DNA of 33,845 nt from an uncultured Pseudomonadota bacterium (GTDB lineage Bacteria > UBA10199 > GCA-002796325 > 1-14-0-20-49-13), in NCBI GenBank assembly GCA_964647545.1, contig CAZYHS010000021.1, positions 1,397 to 35,241 on the forward strand. The letters run 5' to 3'. Each line of letters starts with the position of its first letter. The first letter of the stretch is position 1. The position numbers were made by a program, and so were the translations under genes. Positions 8,220 to 17,147 of this stretch are shown in pieces. The notes below the pieces were generated by a model that worked only from the letters and a program-made list of their open reading frames with translations, ran no database searches and had not been told where the DNA came from.

Positions 8220-9668
8220 ATGTATTTTATAGCGGCAATAATTCTTATTTCGATCGTCTTGACCGCCAGAGCAGCCAGCAGATGGCGTCTTCCTCTCGTC
8301 GTCATAGCCCTTGCAGCCGGCATAATATTCGGCAGTGACGTCCTCGGGCTTGTCTATTTTGACAATCCCGTCATGGCGAAAAAACTGGCCGACTTTGCTT
8401 TGATATTTGTCCTTTTTGCGGGGGGATTCGGCACAAGGAGAGAACTGCTAAAGCTTGTGTTCGGGCCCGCGATGGCACTTTCGACCTTGGGCGTGATCAT
8501 CACGGCGTTAACGACCGCGGCCCTCTTGTGGCTTGCGATAGGCGGCGGGATAATGCACGCCCTCATGCTTGGAGTCGTGGTCTCTTCGACCGACGCCGCG
8601 GCGGTGTTTTCTATCTTGCGCAGCCGTTCTCTTAACAGGCGTCTATCGGCCATCACAGAAATTGAATCGGCGACGAACGACCCGATGGCAATTTTATTGA
8701 CGGTTGCGGTCGTTCAGTTCGCAGGGGCTCAGCTGCAAAGCCCTGCAAATATCGGACTAATGATAATTTGGCAGCTATTGGCCGGAATAGGCACGGGGCT
8801 GGTCGTCGGCGAAATCGGCGTTTTTTTGTTCAAGCATTTAAAAACGATCGATCGCGGTTTTTTCTATCTCTTTTTAGTCGGAATAATCTTTTTGTCTTAC
8901 GGAGCTGCCGACATAATAGGCGCCAGCGGGATAATTTCGGCCTTCTTCGCCGGTTTTATCCTTGGCGATTCCAAGCTCCCGTATAAAAAGACCATGACGT
9001 CGTTCCTTGAGGCGCTGGCAACGATCGCGAACGTCGGCATTTTCGTTATGTTGGGGTTATTGGCGTTCCCGAAAGAACTCGGCAGCATCTGGAAAGAGGC
9101 CCTGATTCTATTTGCGATTTTAACGTTTATCGCACGGCCGGCCGCGGTTCTCATTTGCACGGCTTTCGGAAGTTTCTCTTTTAAGGATAAACTTTTTATA
9201 AGCTGGAGCGGGCTTCGCGGGGCGGTTCCGATCGTTCTGGCGACCTATCCTTACGCCGCCGGTATCGAGACCTCGCACGATATTTTCAATATCGTATTTC
9301 TTGCCGTTTCGCTCTCAATTGTCGTTCAAGGTTCGACCATCAGCAAACTTGCCGGCTGGCTGAAACTGGTCACAAAATCTAAACCTGCTCCCAGCCAAGT
9401 TATGGAGCTTGTAACTCTCGGCGACAGCGACCTTGAAATGTGCGAAATCCACATCGACGAGGCCCAGTATTCCGGAAGCATCGAAATTGCGTCGCTTAAC
9501 CTGCCGCACGGCACGACAATAACCATGATCAACCGCAACGAGGAGATCATCGCACCGCAGGGCTCCACAAAGATACACCCCGGAGACGTTCTCTATGTGC
9601 TGGTAAAAAGCGACAACATAGACACGGTCAACCTAGAAATTTCAGGAAAACTTATTCCAAAAGCGTAA
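8220..9668 (+). CDS. NhaP-type (CPA1) cation/proton antiporter with a C-terminal TrkA-C (RCK_C) domain
   Basis: A ~380-aa polytopic Na_H_Exchanger-like membrane core, followed by a ...MCEIHIDEAQYSGSIEIASLNLPHGTTITMINRNEEIIAPQGSTKIHPGDVLYV RCK_C domain. Confidence 0.85.
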   Translation: MYFIAAIILISIVLTARAASRWRLPLVVIALAAGIIFGSDVLGLVYFDNPVMAKKLADFALIFVLFAGGFGTRRELLKLVFGPAMALSTLGVIITALTTAALLWLAIGGGIMHALMLGVVVSSTDAAAVFSILRSRSLNRRLSAITEIESATNDPMAILLTVAVVQFAGAQLQSPANIGLMIIWQLLAGIGTGLVVGEIGVFLFKHLKTIDRGFFYLFLVGIIFLSYGAADIIGASGIISAFFAGFILGDSKLPYKKTMTSFLEALATIANVGIFVMLGLLAFPKELGSIWKEALILFAILTFIARPAAVLICTAFGSFSFKDKLFISWSGLRGAVPIVLATYPYAAGIETSHDIFNIVFLAVSLSIVVQGSTISKLAGWLKLVTKSKPAPSQVMELVTLGDSDLEMCEIHIDEAQYSGSIEIASLNLPHGTTITMINRNEEIIAPQGSTKIHPGDVLYVLVKSDNIDTVNLEISGKLIPKA

Positions 9669-9747
9669 TGAGCTTTTTTTGAGTAGCGGCCGGCGCAATA
9701 ATTCTACCGGCTTTACATTCGCTTTAAAATATGATGAATGGCCCGCC

Positions 9748-10299
9748 ATGATAAACGCAACCCAAATTAAGGCAGGCATATTTCTCAGAATTGACGGGGT
9801 TTTCTATCGCGCGCTAAAAGTCGCGCACCTCACCCCCGGCAAAGGAAACGCTCAAATTCAGGCCGACCTGCGCAATTTAAAAACCGGCATAAAAGTAAAC
9901 ATGCGCTTTCGCCCGATGGATTCGGTCGAAAAAATCGACACAAGCGAACGTGAAATGAGCTTTTTGTATCAGGACGGAACGATTTTTCACTTCATGGACC
10001 CAGAAACACACGAACAGATCGAGCTTCACGAAGAGCAAATCGAGGACATGCTCCCGTTTTTGCGCAGCGAGGCAAAAATTCTGATGTTGAGCTTTGAAGG
10101 TGAACCGATAAGCATCCGCCTCCCCGACAAAATGAGCTTCACAGTTGTTTCGTGCGATCCCCCGTCGAAAGGCTCGGCCGGAAATTTAAAAGATGCGACG
10201 GTTGAAACAGGGGCGACATTCAAGGTGCCGATGTTCATCAGACAGGGAGATGTGATCGTCATCAACACGGAAACCGGCGACTACGTTGAGAAAGGTTAG
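9748..10299 (+). CDS. efp: Elongation factor P
   Basis: MINATQIKAGIFLRIDG...TPGKGNAQ...KVPMFIRQGDVIVINTETGDYVEKG aligns along its full length to EF-P. I take the start as the ATG at 9748, not the ORF-track start at 9679. The loop has a Lys (KGN), not the Arg type. Confidence 0.9.
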   Translation: MINATQIKAGIFLRIDGVFYRALKVAHLTPGKGNAQIQADLRNLKTGIKVNMRFRPMDSVEKIDTSEREMSFLYQDGTIFHFMDPETHEQIELHEEQIEDMLPFLRSEAKILMLSFEGEPISIRLPDKMSFTVVSCDPPSKGSAGNLKDATVETGATFKVPMFIRQGDVIVINTETGDYVEKG

Positions 10300-10305
10300 C
10301 AGAAA

Positions 10306-10962
10306 TTACGGCATCAGTTGCAAGGCGTGATTTATAAGCTGCGCAGCCAAGACAAAACAAATTACGGCAATAATCCACTTCCCGAACCTGTCAAAAAATC
10401 TGCGACACGGCCCCATGATAAGGTTTGAAAGACCTGTCCGCGCACTTTCAACGGCAGCCGGAATAATCATTGGAAAAAGCCCCAGCACGAGGAATACAGC
10501 CAACGCCTCCAACGCAACAATTTTTGGCCCTGTAAACCCTGCCAAACGCCCGCCGGCCGCAACGGTAAGAGCGAGCAGCTTAATATTTACGACAATGATG
10601 GCCACGCCGATCAGAAGTGATAAAAAAGGTCCGATGTTCGTGGCACTGTGATGTTTTTTGTCTGCTTCATCTGTTTTTGCTTTCTTAAAAAGCGCTCTCA
10701 AACCCAGAAAAATAAGAATCGCCGCCACACTCACCCTGACATAAAAATGAGCCCACGAAGGATGCGAAACTTGAGCGGGCCCGATAAAATAGCCGATCGT
10801 TAAAAGCGAAAAATAGCCGACAACACCGCCAAAAAAATAGGCCCACGCTTTTTTGCGACCGCCAACCTGCGACGATGAAAGCCAAAGTCCAACCAAAAGC
10901 AGCTCGGGGCTTAAAGCCACCGCCGTGCCAAGAGACAACATTGAGCTGAAAATTTCATTCAT
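10306..10962 (-). CDS. Integral membrane protein (6 predicted TM segments, GAP/Sap-like hypothetical)
   Basis: 218 aa with six hydrophobic helices. No catalytic motif recognised. Confidence 0.55.
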   Translation of the reverse strand: MNEIFSSMLSLGTAVALSPELLLVGLWLSSSQVGGRKKAWAYFFGGVVGYFSLLTIGYFIGPAQVSHPSWAHFYVRVSVAAILIFLGLRALFKKAKTDEADKKHHSATNIGPFLSLLIGVAIIVVNIKLLALTVAAGGRLAGFTGPKIVALEALAVFLVLGLFPMIIPAAVESARTGLSNLIMGPCRRFFDRFGKWIIAVICFVLAAQLINHALQLMP

Positions 10963-11126
10963 GGCCGAAAAATATCACGGCAAACATCGCGTGCAAAGTT
11001 GAAATTCCGATTTTTATTGGGCTGTATAAAGTCTTGCGCTAACGCATATCATGTGCTCTTTTGCTGGCAGCATAACCGGCGAATCTAGCTAAACCGCATC
11101 GCCAGCAAAATATTGGAGATTAACTT

Positions 11127-12518
11127 ATGTTCTCAAAAGAGATCTATCGGCAAAGGCGCAACAGACTTAAAAAACTGGTCGGCGGCGGAATTGTTCTGTT
11201 TATGGGTAACGGCGACACAGCCATGAACTATCACGGCAACTCCTTCCGCTTTCGTCAGGATAGTAATTTTCTATATTTCTTCGGACTCGACCGTTCGAAC
11301 ATTGCCGGCATTATCGACATCGACAACGACCGTGAAATAATTTTCGGCAACGATGTCGATCTTGAAGACATCATCTGGATGGGCCCGCAGGAGGCGATCA
11401 AAGACAATGCCGCGCTGGCTGGGGTTTTAGACGTAAGACCTCTTGCTGAACTTTCGAGCTATCTAAAAGATGCAGTCGGCCGCAAGGTCTCAATCCACTA
11501 TCCTCCGCCGTATCGCAACGACACGAAAATATTTTTAAACGAAACGCTCGGTGTCCCTCTGAATGAACTTAAAAATCACGCGTCACTTGATTTAATTAAA
11601 GCGATCGTTGAGATGAGGTCGGTAAAAGAGCCTTGTGAAATTGAAGAAATTGAAAAGACAATGCTCACCGCGCGCGAAATGTTCTTAACGGCGATGCGAC
11701 TCGCAAAAGATGGGCTCTACGAATATGAGATAGACGGCGCTATCGAAGGGGTCATCATTTCAAAGCATGGCGGGGCTATCTCGTTTCCGGTCATCTGTTC
11801 GGTTCGCGGCGAAACACTTCACAATCATCACCATGGCAACAAAATGAAGAACGGCGATCTTCTTTTGATCGACGCCGGTTTTGAATCTGAGACGCATTAC
11901 AGCTCAGACCACACAAGAACGATTCCGGTCAGCGGCAAATTCACCGACAGACAAAAGGCGATTTACGAAATTGTGCTGAAGGCGAACACGACCGTCATCG
12001 ACATGATCAAGCCGGACCTGAAATATCTCGACGCCCATTTGAAGGCAGCGGAAATCATCGCGGACGGGCTTAAAGGGCTTGGGCTTATGAAAGGCGACAC
12101 GAAAGCAGCAGTAGCAGCAGGTGCTCACGCCCTCTTCTTCCCGCATGGCGTGGGACACATGCTCGGGCTCGACGCACACGACATGGAAGGACTTGGCGAG
12201 GACTTCGTCGGCTACGATGACGAAGTAAAACGAAGCTCGCAATTCGGCACTGCCTACCTGCGCCTCGGAAGAAGACTGCGTGAAGGCTTTGTCATCACGG
12301 TCGAACCGGGGATCTACTTCATTCCGGCGCTGATAGACCTCTGGCAGAAAGAGAATAAATTTGCCGAGTTCATAAATTACGACAAGGTCAACGAGTACCG
12401 CGGATTTGGCGGCATAAGGATCGAAGACAACGTTTTGGTTACAAACGACGGCCACAAGCTGCTTGGCGCCGACATCCCCAAAACAACAGCCGACATTGAA
12501 AGCGTGATGAGAAAATAA
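11127..12518 (+). CDS. Xaa-Pro aminopeptidase (M24B family, PepP-like)
   Basis: Creatinase/prolidase N-terminal domain plus the M24 core with HYSSDHTRTIPVSGKF, GHMLGLDAHD and VITVEPGIYF metal-ligand motifs. GGAG lies before the ATG. Confidence 0.85.
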   Translation: MFSKEIYRQRRNRLKKLVGGGIVLFMGNGDTAMNYHGNSFRFRQDSNFLYFFGLDRSNIAGIIDIDNDREIIFGNDVDLEDIIWMGPQEAIKDNAALAGVLDVRPLAELSSYLKDAVGRKVSIHYPPPYRNDTKIFLNETLGVPLNELKNHASLDLIKAIVEMRSVKEPCEIEEIEKTMLTAREMFLTAMRLAKDGLYEYEIDGAIEGVIISKHGGAISFPVICSVRGETLHNHHHGNKMKNGDLLLIDAGFESETHYSSDHTRTIPVSGKFTDRQKAIYEIVLKANTTVIDMIKPDLKYLDAHLKAAEIIADGLKGLGLMKGDTKAAVAAGAHALFFPHGVGHMLGLDAHDMEGLGEDFVGYDDEVKRSSQFGTAYLRLGRRLREGFVITVEPGIYFIPALIDLWQKENKFAEFINYDKVNEYRGFGGIRIEDNVLVTNDGHKLLGADIPKTTADIESVMRK

Positions 12519-12547
12519 TTTTCACCTATTACCGACGGAGAAAACCG

Positions 12548-12760
12548 ATGCTAAGATATATTTTACTGGGGGTTGTGATCTATTTCATCGTCAAGCTGGT
12601 GCGCGGAATAAAAATAATTACGCACTCAAAAAAGCCGGCTCAACCCCAGATCGAAGCGGACGAAATGGTACAATGCTCCCGCTGCAACGTTTATATCAGC
12701 AAGTCAACGGCTGTAATGCACGAAGGCAAATGGAATTGCGGCGACGACCGCTGCAAATAA
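12548..12760 (+). CDS. Small membrane-anchored protein with a C-terminal Cys4 zinc ribbon (70 aa)
   Basis: ACGGAG RBS 7 nt before the ATG. N-terminal TM helix YILLGVVIYFIVKLV, then CSRC...(16)...CGDDRC. Its stop lies 1 nt from the stop of the convergent SPFH gene. Confidence 0.55.
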   Translation: MLRYILLGVVIYFIVKLVRGIKIITHSKKPAQPQIEADEMVQCSRCNVYISKSTAVMHEGKWNCGDDRCK

Positions 12761-12761
12761 T

Positions 12762-13589
12762 TTACTGATCCCCTAAAATCAGCGGCAACCCGTCTTTTCC
12801 GCCACCCACCACCACTATTTTTGAGTTTTCACTCTTGGCAAGTTCTTTAGTCGCCTCTATGCCGCGCAATTTGAGGATATTTTCCGTGAGCCCCTTGCTT
12901 ACTTCGCTATTGTAATCGTTGATGCCCTTTGCTTCGATCCTTTTGCGCTCTGCTTCCTGACTTTCGCGCTGGAGGACGAATTTCATCTGCTCGGCCTGCT
13001 GTTCGGCTTCAAGCTTCTTTTCGATAGCGGTCGATAAAATATCGGGCAATTTCACCGCACGGAGCAAAAGGCCTTCAAGTTTAATGCCGCGGGCTTCTAT
13101 CATCGGCTTTAACTGCTCGAACATCTGGGTGGCAAGGGCTTCGCGTTCGGCCGTGTACAAGGCCTTTGCTTCGTAACCTGCCGTCACGCCTCTTACTACC
13201 GACCTAAGTTGCGGCACCACAATGACATCCACGTAGTTTGTGCCGACGGTTTTATATACGTCGGGAGCAAGGCGAGGGTTGAGGCTTATCAGGGCAGACA
13301 GGTCAAGATTGACCACGAGCCCCTCTTTTGAAGGGACCTTGGCGTCCTCAGTGATCTGATTGGTACGAATGCTCATTTTATGAATGCTCAACAACGGATT
13401 GACCAGATGAATTCCCGAATCTAACGACTTGTCATAAACATTCCCGAAAAACTCCATAACTCCGACATGCCCCGCCGGAATGATCGCGATCGACTTGAAA
13501 AGTATCAGCAGCGCAACAAGCACGCCTAGACCCAAGCGAACCACGCCCTTTGACAGTTTGATATCAAAATTCGGAACCATGTCTGACAT
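12762..13589 (-). CDS. SPFH/band-7 (prohibitin/stomatin-like) membrane protein
   Basis: N-terminal TM helix, then an SPFH domain and a coiled-coil EAEQQAEQMKFVLQRESQEAERKRIEAKG. Start taken as the ATG at 13589 (MSDMVPNF...), which has an AAGGAG 6 nt upstream. The ORF-track TTG at 13697 is less likely. Confidence 0.85.
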   Translation of the reverse strand: MSDMVPNFDIKLSKGVVRLGLGVLVALLILFKSIAIIPAGHVGVMEFFGNVYDKSLDSGIHLVNPLLSIHKMSIRTNQITEDAKVPSKEGLVVNLDLSALISLNPRLAPDVYKTVGTNYVDVIVVPQLRSVVRGVTAGYEAKALYTAEREALATQMFEQLKPMIEARGIKLEGLLLRAVKLPDILSTAIEKKLEAEQQAEQMKFVLQRESQEAERKRIEAKGINDYNSEVSKGLTENILKLRGIEATKELAKSENSKIVVVGGGKDGLPLILGDQ

Positions 13590-13716
13590 AAAGTCTCCTT
13601 TTGTGTGATTTGAGAATTCGACCCTATGGGAGAGAGCCGCATTTGTAAACAAAATCCGGAAATATCGAACTACAAAAAAACGCCCGCAACCTGCCAAAAT
13701 AAAATGAAAGAGCCGT

Positions 13717-14157
13717 CTATTTTATCTCAGAGGTGCAATAGGGGCACTTGGTCGCCTTAAGTGAAACCGTCGAAATACAATGCGGACACTGTTTTGTGTC
13801 AATCGGTTTGGGTTCCTCTTTGCGGCGAAGACGATTTATCTGACTTATGAGAATAAAAATCGCGAAGCTCACGATCAAAAAATCAACCACGTTGTTTAAA
13901 AATATCCCGTAATTTAGCGTTGAGGCGCCGGCGGCCTTTGCCTGCGCAAGAGTTTCATAACTTCCGCTCGAAAGGGTTAAGAAAAAATTGCTAAAATCCA
14001 TCTTGCCGATGACAAGCCCCAGCGGCGGCATAATTATGTCGCTGACCAGCGATGAAACAATTTTACCGAACGCCGCGCCGATAATAATACCGACGGCCAT
14101 ATCGATAACGTTCCCCTTCATTGCGAACTCTTTAAACTCCTTTATAAAACGCGGCAT
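13717..14157 (-). CDS. mscL: Large-conductance mechanosensitive channel MscL with a C-terminal zinc-ribbon extension
   Basis: [47 protein letters not shown] is near-identical in pattern to the MscL TM1. AGGAG RBS. The C-terminal 25 aa [19 protein letters not shown] carry CxxC...CxxC. Confidence 0.85.
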   Translation of the reverse strand: MPRFIKEFKEFAMKGNVIDMAVGIIIGAAFGKIVSSLVSDIIMPPLGLVIGKMDFSNFFLTLSSGSYETLAQAKAAGASTLNYGIFLNNVVDFLIVSFAIFILISQINRLRRKEEPKPIDTKQCPHCISTVSLKATKCPYCTSEIK

Positions 14158-14253
14158 AAAATCTCCTTTATTAAAACAAGATACTTTCTAAACCATATAA
14201 TTTCAAATCTTTTGTCTGGCCAAGATTTTATGCTTGGGCTAGGAAAGGCCGCC

Positions 14254-15132
14254 ATGTGGATAATATATTCTCTTCTATCGGCTCTATTTTCGGCCCTCTG
14301 CGCAATTCTGCAAAAGAAAGCTCTCTTTAAGATCGGGGCTTTCGACCTCTCATTTGCACTCTATTTTTTTGAAGCTTTTATTTTTCTGGCGGCGGCAATA
14401 ATTTTCGGAACGACATTTGCCGGCATCTCAAACAGCGCGCTCGGGTTTATCTTTGTGAAAGCGGTTTTGAACGTTACTTCTTTCGTGCTCATCATGAACG
14501 GAATGAAACGCCTCGAACTCTCGGCGGGGCTACCGCTAATGCTTCTCTCTCCGGCGATCGTTGCGATCGCGGCCTATCTGCTACTTGGCGAAATGCTCAC
14601 GGTAAAAGAGAGCGGCGGCATCGTGATGATACTAATTGGAGCTTATCTGCTCGAATTCAAAAGCCCTTCCGAAATGCTGCTTCCGTTCAAAAAGATCATC
14701 ACGCACAGGGGCTACTTTTTTATGTTTTCCGCAGTCGCAATCATCACGGGCTCCGTGCTTTTAAACCGCTACATTCTCGTGGCCAAGGGGATCAAACCTC
14801 TGGCGTTTGCTTCGATCGAACATCTCATGGCGCTCCCGATAATTTTTATCGCGGCGCTTCTTTTCAAACGTCCTCTTTTTCAACTAAAGGCGTCGTTTAA
14901 ATCGATGCCGTTTATAATTTTCGCCGCCGCCTTCGGCACGGTTCTCTACCGTCTCTTTGAAGTTATGGCGACCGCACAAGTAAACGTGGCGCTGGTTGTA
15001 GCACTTAAAAGACTTTCGGTCGTAATGGCGGTGATCATCGGCGGGAAGCTATTTAAAGAAGAAAACCGCGCCAAGAGGATCGCCGCAACGGTGATCATGT
15101 TCATTGGCGCGGCTTTAGTTGCCGGAATTTAA
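14254..15132 (+). CDS. EamA/DMT-superfamily transporter (10 TM)
   Basis: Two EamA-like halves of five helices each. Start taken as the ATG at 14254 with AGGAAAGG upstream. Alternative in-frame starts are the TTG at 14212 and the ATG at 14230. Confidence 0.7.
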   Translation: MWIIYSLLSALFSALCAILQKKALFKIGAFDLSFALYFFEAFIFLAAAIIFGTTFAGISNSALGFIFVKAVLNVTSFVLIMNGMKRLELSAGLPLMLLSPAIVAIAAYLLLGEMLTVKESGGIVMILIGAYLLEFKSPSEMLLPFKKIITHRGYFFMFSAVAIITGSVLLNRYILVAKGIKPLAFASIEHLMALPIIFIAALLFKRPLFQLKASFKSMPFIIFAAAFGTVLYRLFEVMATAQVNVALVVALKRLSVVMAVIIGGKLFKEENRAKRIAATVIMFIGAALVAGI

Positions 15133-15139
15133 ATCAAGC

Positions 15140-16612
15140 TCAGCTCTTTCTGTTCTCCATCACATATTTCACAATGAACGGCCACACGATGGTCGCGTCT
15201 GTCTGAACCGTGGTGAAACGTCCGTTGATGTCCATCTTTCTCCACGTCATGCCTTCGCTGTAGGTACAGCCGGAGAGATGTCCCAAGTTCATCTGGTCGG
15301 GGCAGATCTTCGTGCCGTACCTGAACCGGTTCATCTTAAGGTCCATGCCGATGCGATAGTTCAGTAGTTCGATCTGAGGCGCAATGTTTTGAATGTAATT
15401 ACGCGGCACGCCTCCGCCGATCGTAAAGATGCCGGTGTGATCGACGTTCTGCGAAATATCGATAAGCATGCGCGTGTCAAGCTCGATATCGACGCGAATT
15501 CTTGGCTGCTTATTGATTTCGCGGCGATAGTTGTGGGCGTTAAGATCGTTTCCGATCTCCGAATCGGCAAACGCCGGAACAATGACAGGCACGTTCTTTT
15601 CGAAAGCCGATTTCAAAATCGCGCGATCGTGCGGGAATTTATTTTTGAGATACTCGCCCATCTTCTTATGTACGAACGAAGAGCTGACCGGAGAGCTCGG
15701 GTCGATGCTGTTGAAAATTTCGTCGAGCACCATCTGGATGTGGTTAAGGTTGTCCTCGGGCTCGAGAGTGTCGGTCACTCGGTTCATGAAATTTTCCGTC
15801 AGGAACTTATCGTCGTAACGAGGGTTGTGCTTGTAGTGCTTGAGGCCAACCGACTCGACAAGCCCGTGCGCCATGAGCGCTCCGGTCGAAGCGATGCACT
15901 GCACAAAGCCTTCGTCTATCATATCGCAAATCACGAGCCCCATTTTTGCGATAGTCATCGCCCCCGAAAGAGTGAGAAAAACGTAGCAATCTTTATCCTC
16001 GATCATCGCCTGAACCGTCTTTGAAGCTTCGGCGACCTGAGATGCGACCCCGCCGAATTTAGGAAGTGCGCTAAGCATTTCGGTGGTCGTGGTCTTTTTC
16101 CCTTCGATCATCTCAAGTAGGGAAAAATAAATCAGCGGCATAACGTAACGATGGTCGGCAAAAACCGCGTCGGGGAAAAAGCCGTCCATAACCTGACCGG
16201 GTTTGCAAAGATTTGCGTTGTTTATGAAGATCGCGCGTTCGGGCTTGTTGTAGATCGCGTCTTCGTTCATCTCCGGATAGAGGCCGATAACGACCGCGTG
16301 CTTTTCGGGGGTGGAATTTTCAGAAGCAAATGCTCCGCTTGAAACGACTCTGGTAAAATATCCCCTCTTCACCATGTCGTTTAACAAAACGCCGACCTCA
16401 GAATCGGGCTTTCCGTCATAAATTGCCACAGGGTTCTTTTTGTCCGTTACCCAGCCGCAAATCGTCGAAACGCATTCGCCAAGCATACGGGCGCCGAACG
16501 AACATCGCCCCATCGCGTTTACGATATCGGCAACCGTGTTGCACTTACGCAAATTGAGCTGCTCAAGCGCCTGAAGATCGGGCATATCTGTTTTTGCAAG
16601 TTTTACAGCCAT
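15140..16612 (-). CDS. Deoxyhypusine-synthase-like protein (DHS family, possibly a DHS-like homospermidine synthase), 490 aa with a ~140-aa N-terminal extension
   Basis: CYVFLTLSGAMTIAKMGLVICDMIDEGFVQCIASTGA, NVPVIVPAFADSEIGNDL and IGGGVPRNYI...EGMTWRKM...DATIVWPFIV align to the eukaryotic/archaeal DHS NAD-binding core. The long antisense ORF 15389-16024 is rejected. Confidence 0.75.
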   Translation of the reverse strand: MAVKLAKTDMPDLQALEQLNLRKCNTVADIVNAMGRCSFGARMLGECVSTICGWVTDKKNPVAIYDGKPDSEVGVLLNDMVKRGYFTRVVSSGAFASENSTPEKHAVVIGLYPEMNEDAIYNKPERAIFINNANLCKPGQVMDGFFPDAVFADHRYVMPLIYFSLLEMIEGKKTTTTEMLSALPKFGGVASQVAEASKTVQAMIEDKDCYVFLTLSGAMTIAKMGLVICDMIDEGFVQCIASTGALMAHGLVESVGLKHYKHNPRYDDKFLTENFMNRVTDTLEPEDNLNHIQMVLDEIFNSIDPSSPVSSSFVHKKMGEYLKNKFPHDRAILKSAFEKNVPVIVPAFADSEIGNDLNAHNYRREINKQPRIRVDIELDTRMLIDISQNVDHTGIFTIGGGVPRNYIQNIAPQIELLNYRIGMDLKMNRFRYGTKICPDQMNLGHLSGCTYSEGMTWRKMDINGRFTTVQTDATIVWPFIVKYVMENRKS

Positions 16613-16795
16613 TTAAGCCTCCGCTGTTAAAGTTATTTAAAAGCCGGTTAAAGCGCCAAGTGAGGGCTTTTACTGCTCAAAAGGAGCCGATTTGTCAAGC
16701 ATTATGCCACAATTTACGCAGGCTGAAATCGAGCTTGCGGTTTGGCAAAAAATGTAGAACAAGCCCACACGCCGAAACAATATTTGGAGGAACTT

Positions 16796-17116
16796 ATGGA
16801 CTGGCTATATCTTCTCATGGCGGGGCTGCTTGAAATTGCGTGGCCGATCGGTTTTAAATATTCCGACGGATTTAAAAAAATGATCTACGGCGTGCCGACC
16901 GCGCTCGCTCTTATGTTGAGCTTTTTCCTTCTATCGAAGGCTTCAAAAACGCTCCCGATAGGGACCGCTTACGCGGTGTGGACCGGCATCGGCGTTTTTG
17001 GAACGGCGATCTGCGGAATTATCCTTTTTGATGAATCTTTCACGCCTGTCAGACTTGTCTGTATTTTACTGATCTTCATCGGGATCGTCGGCTTGAAATT
17101 AAGCACGAACGCCTAA
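16796..17116 (+). CDS. sugE: SMR-family exporter of the SugE/Gdx (guanidinium exporter) type
   Basis: MDWLYLLMAGLLEIAWPIGFKYSDGF...LPIGTAYAVWTGIGVFG...GLKLST matches SugE rather than EmrE. GGAGG RBS before the ATG at 16796. The ORF-track start at 16742 is too long. Confidence 0.85.
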   Translation: MDWLYLLMAGLLEIAWPIGFKYSDGFKKMIYGVPTALALMLSFFLLSKASKTLPIGTAYAVWTGIGVFGTAICGIILFDESFTPVRLVCILLIFIGIVGLKLSTNA

Positions 17117-17147
17117 GTCACGTCTAGCGCACCTCCGGCCGGCCGTT

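Noticed and set aside
15389-16024. 211-aa plus-strand ORF
   Set aside because: It lies antisense within the DHS-like gene, whose minus-strand translation shows clear family motifs.
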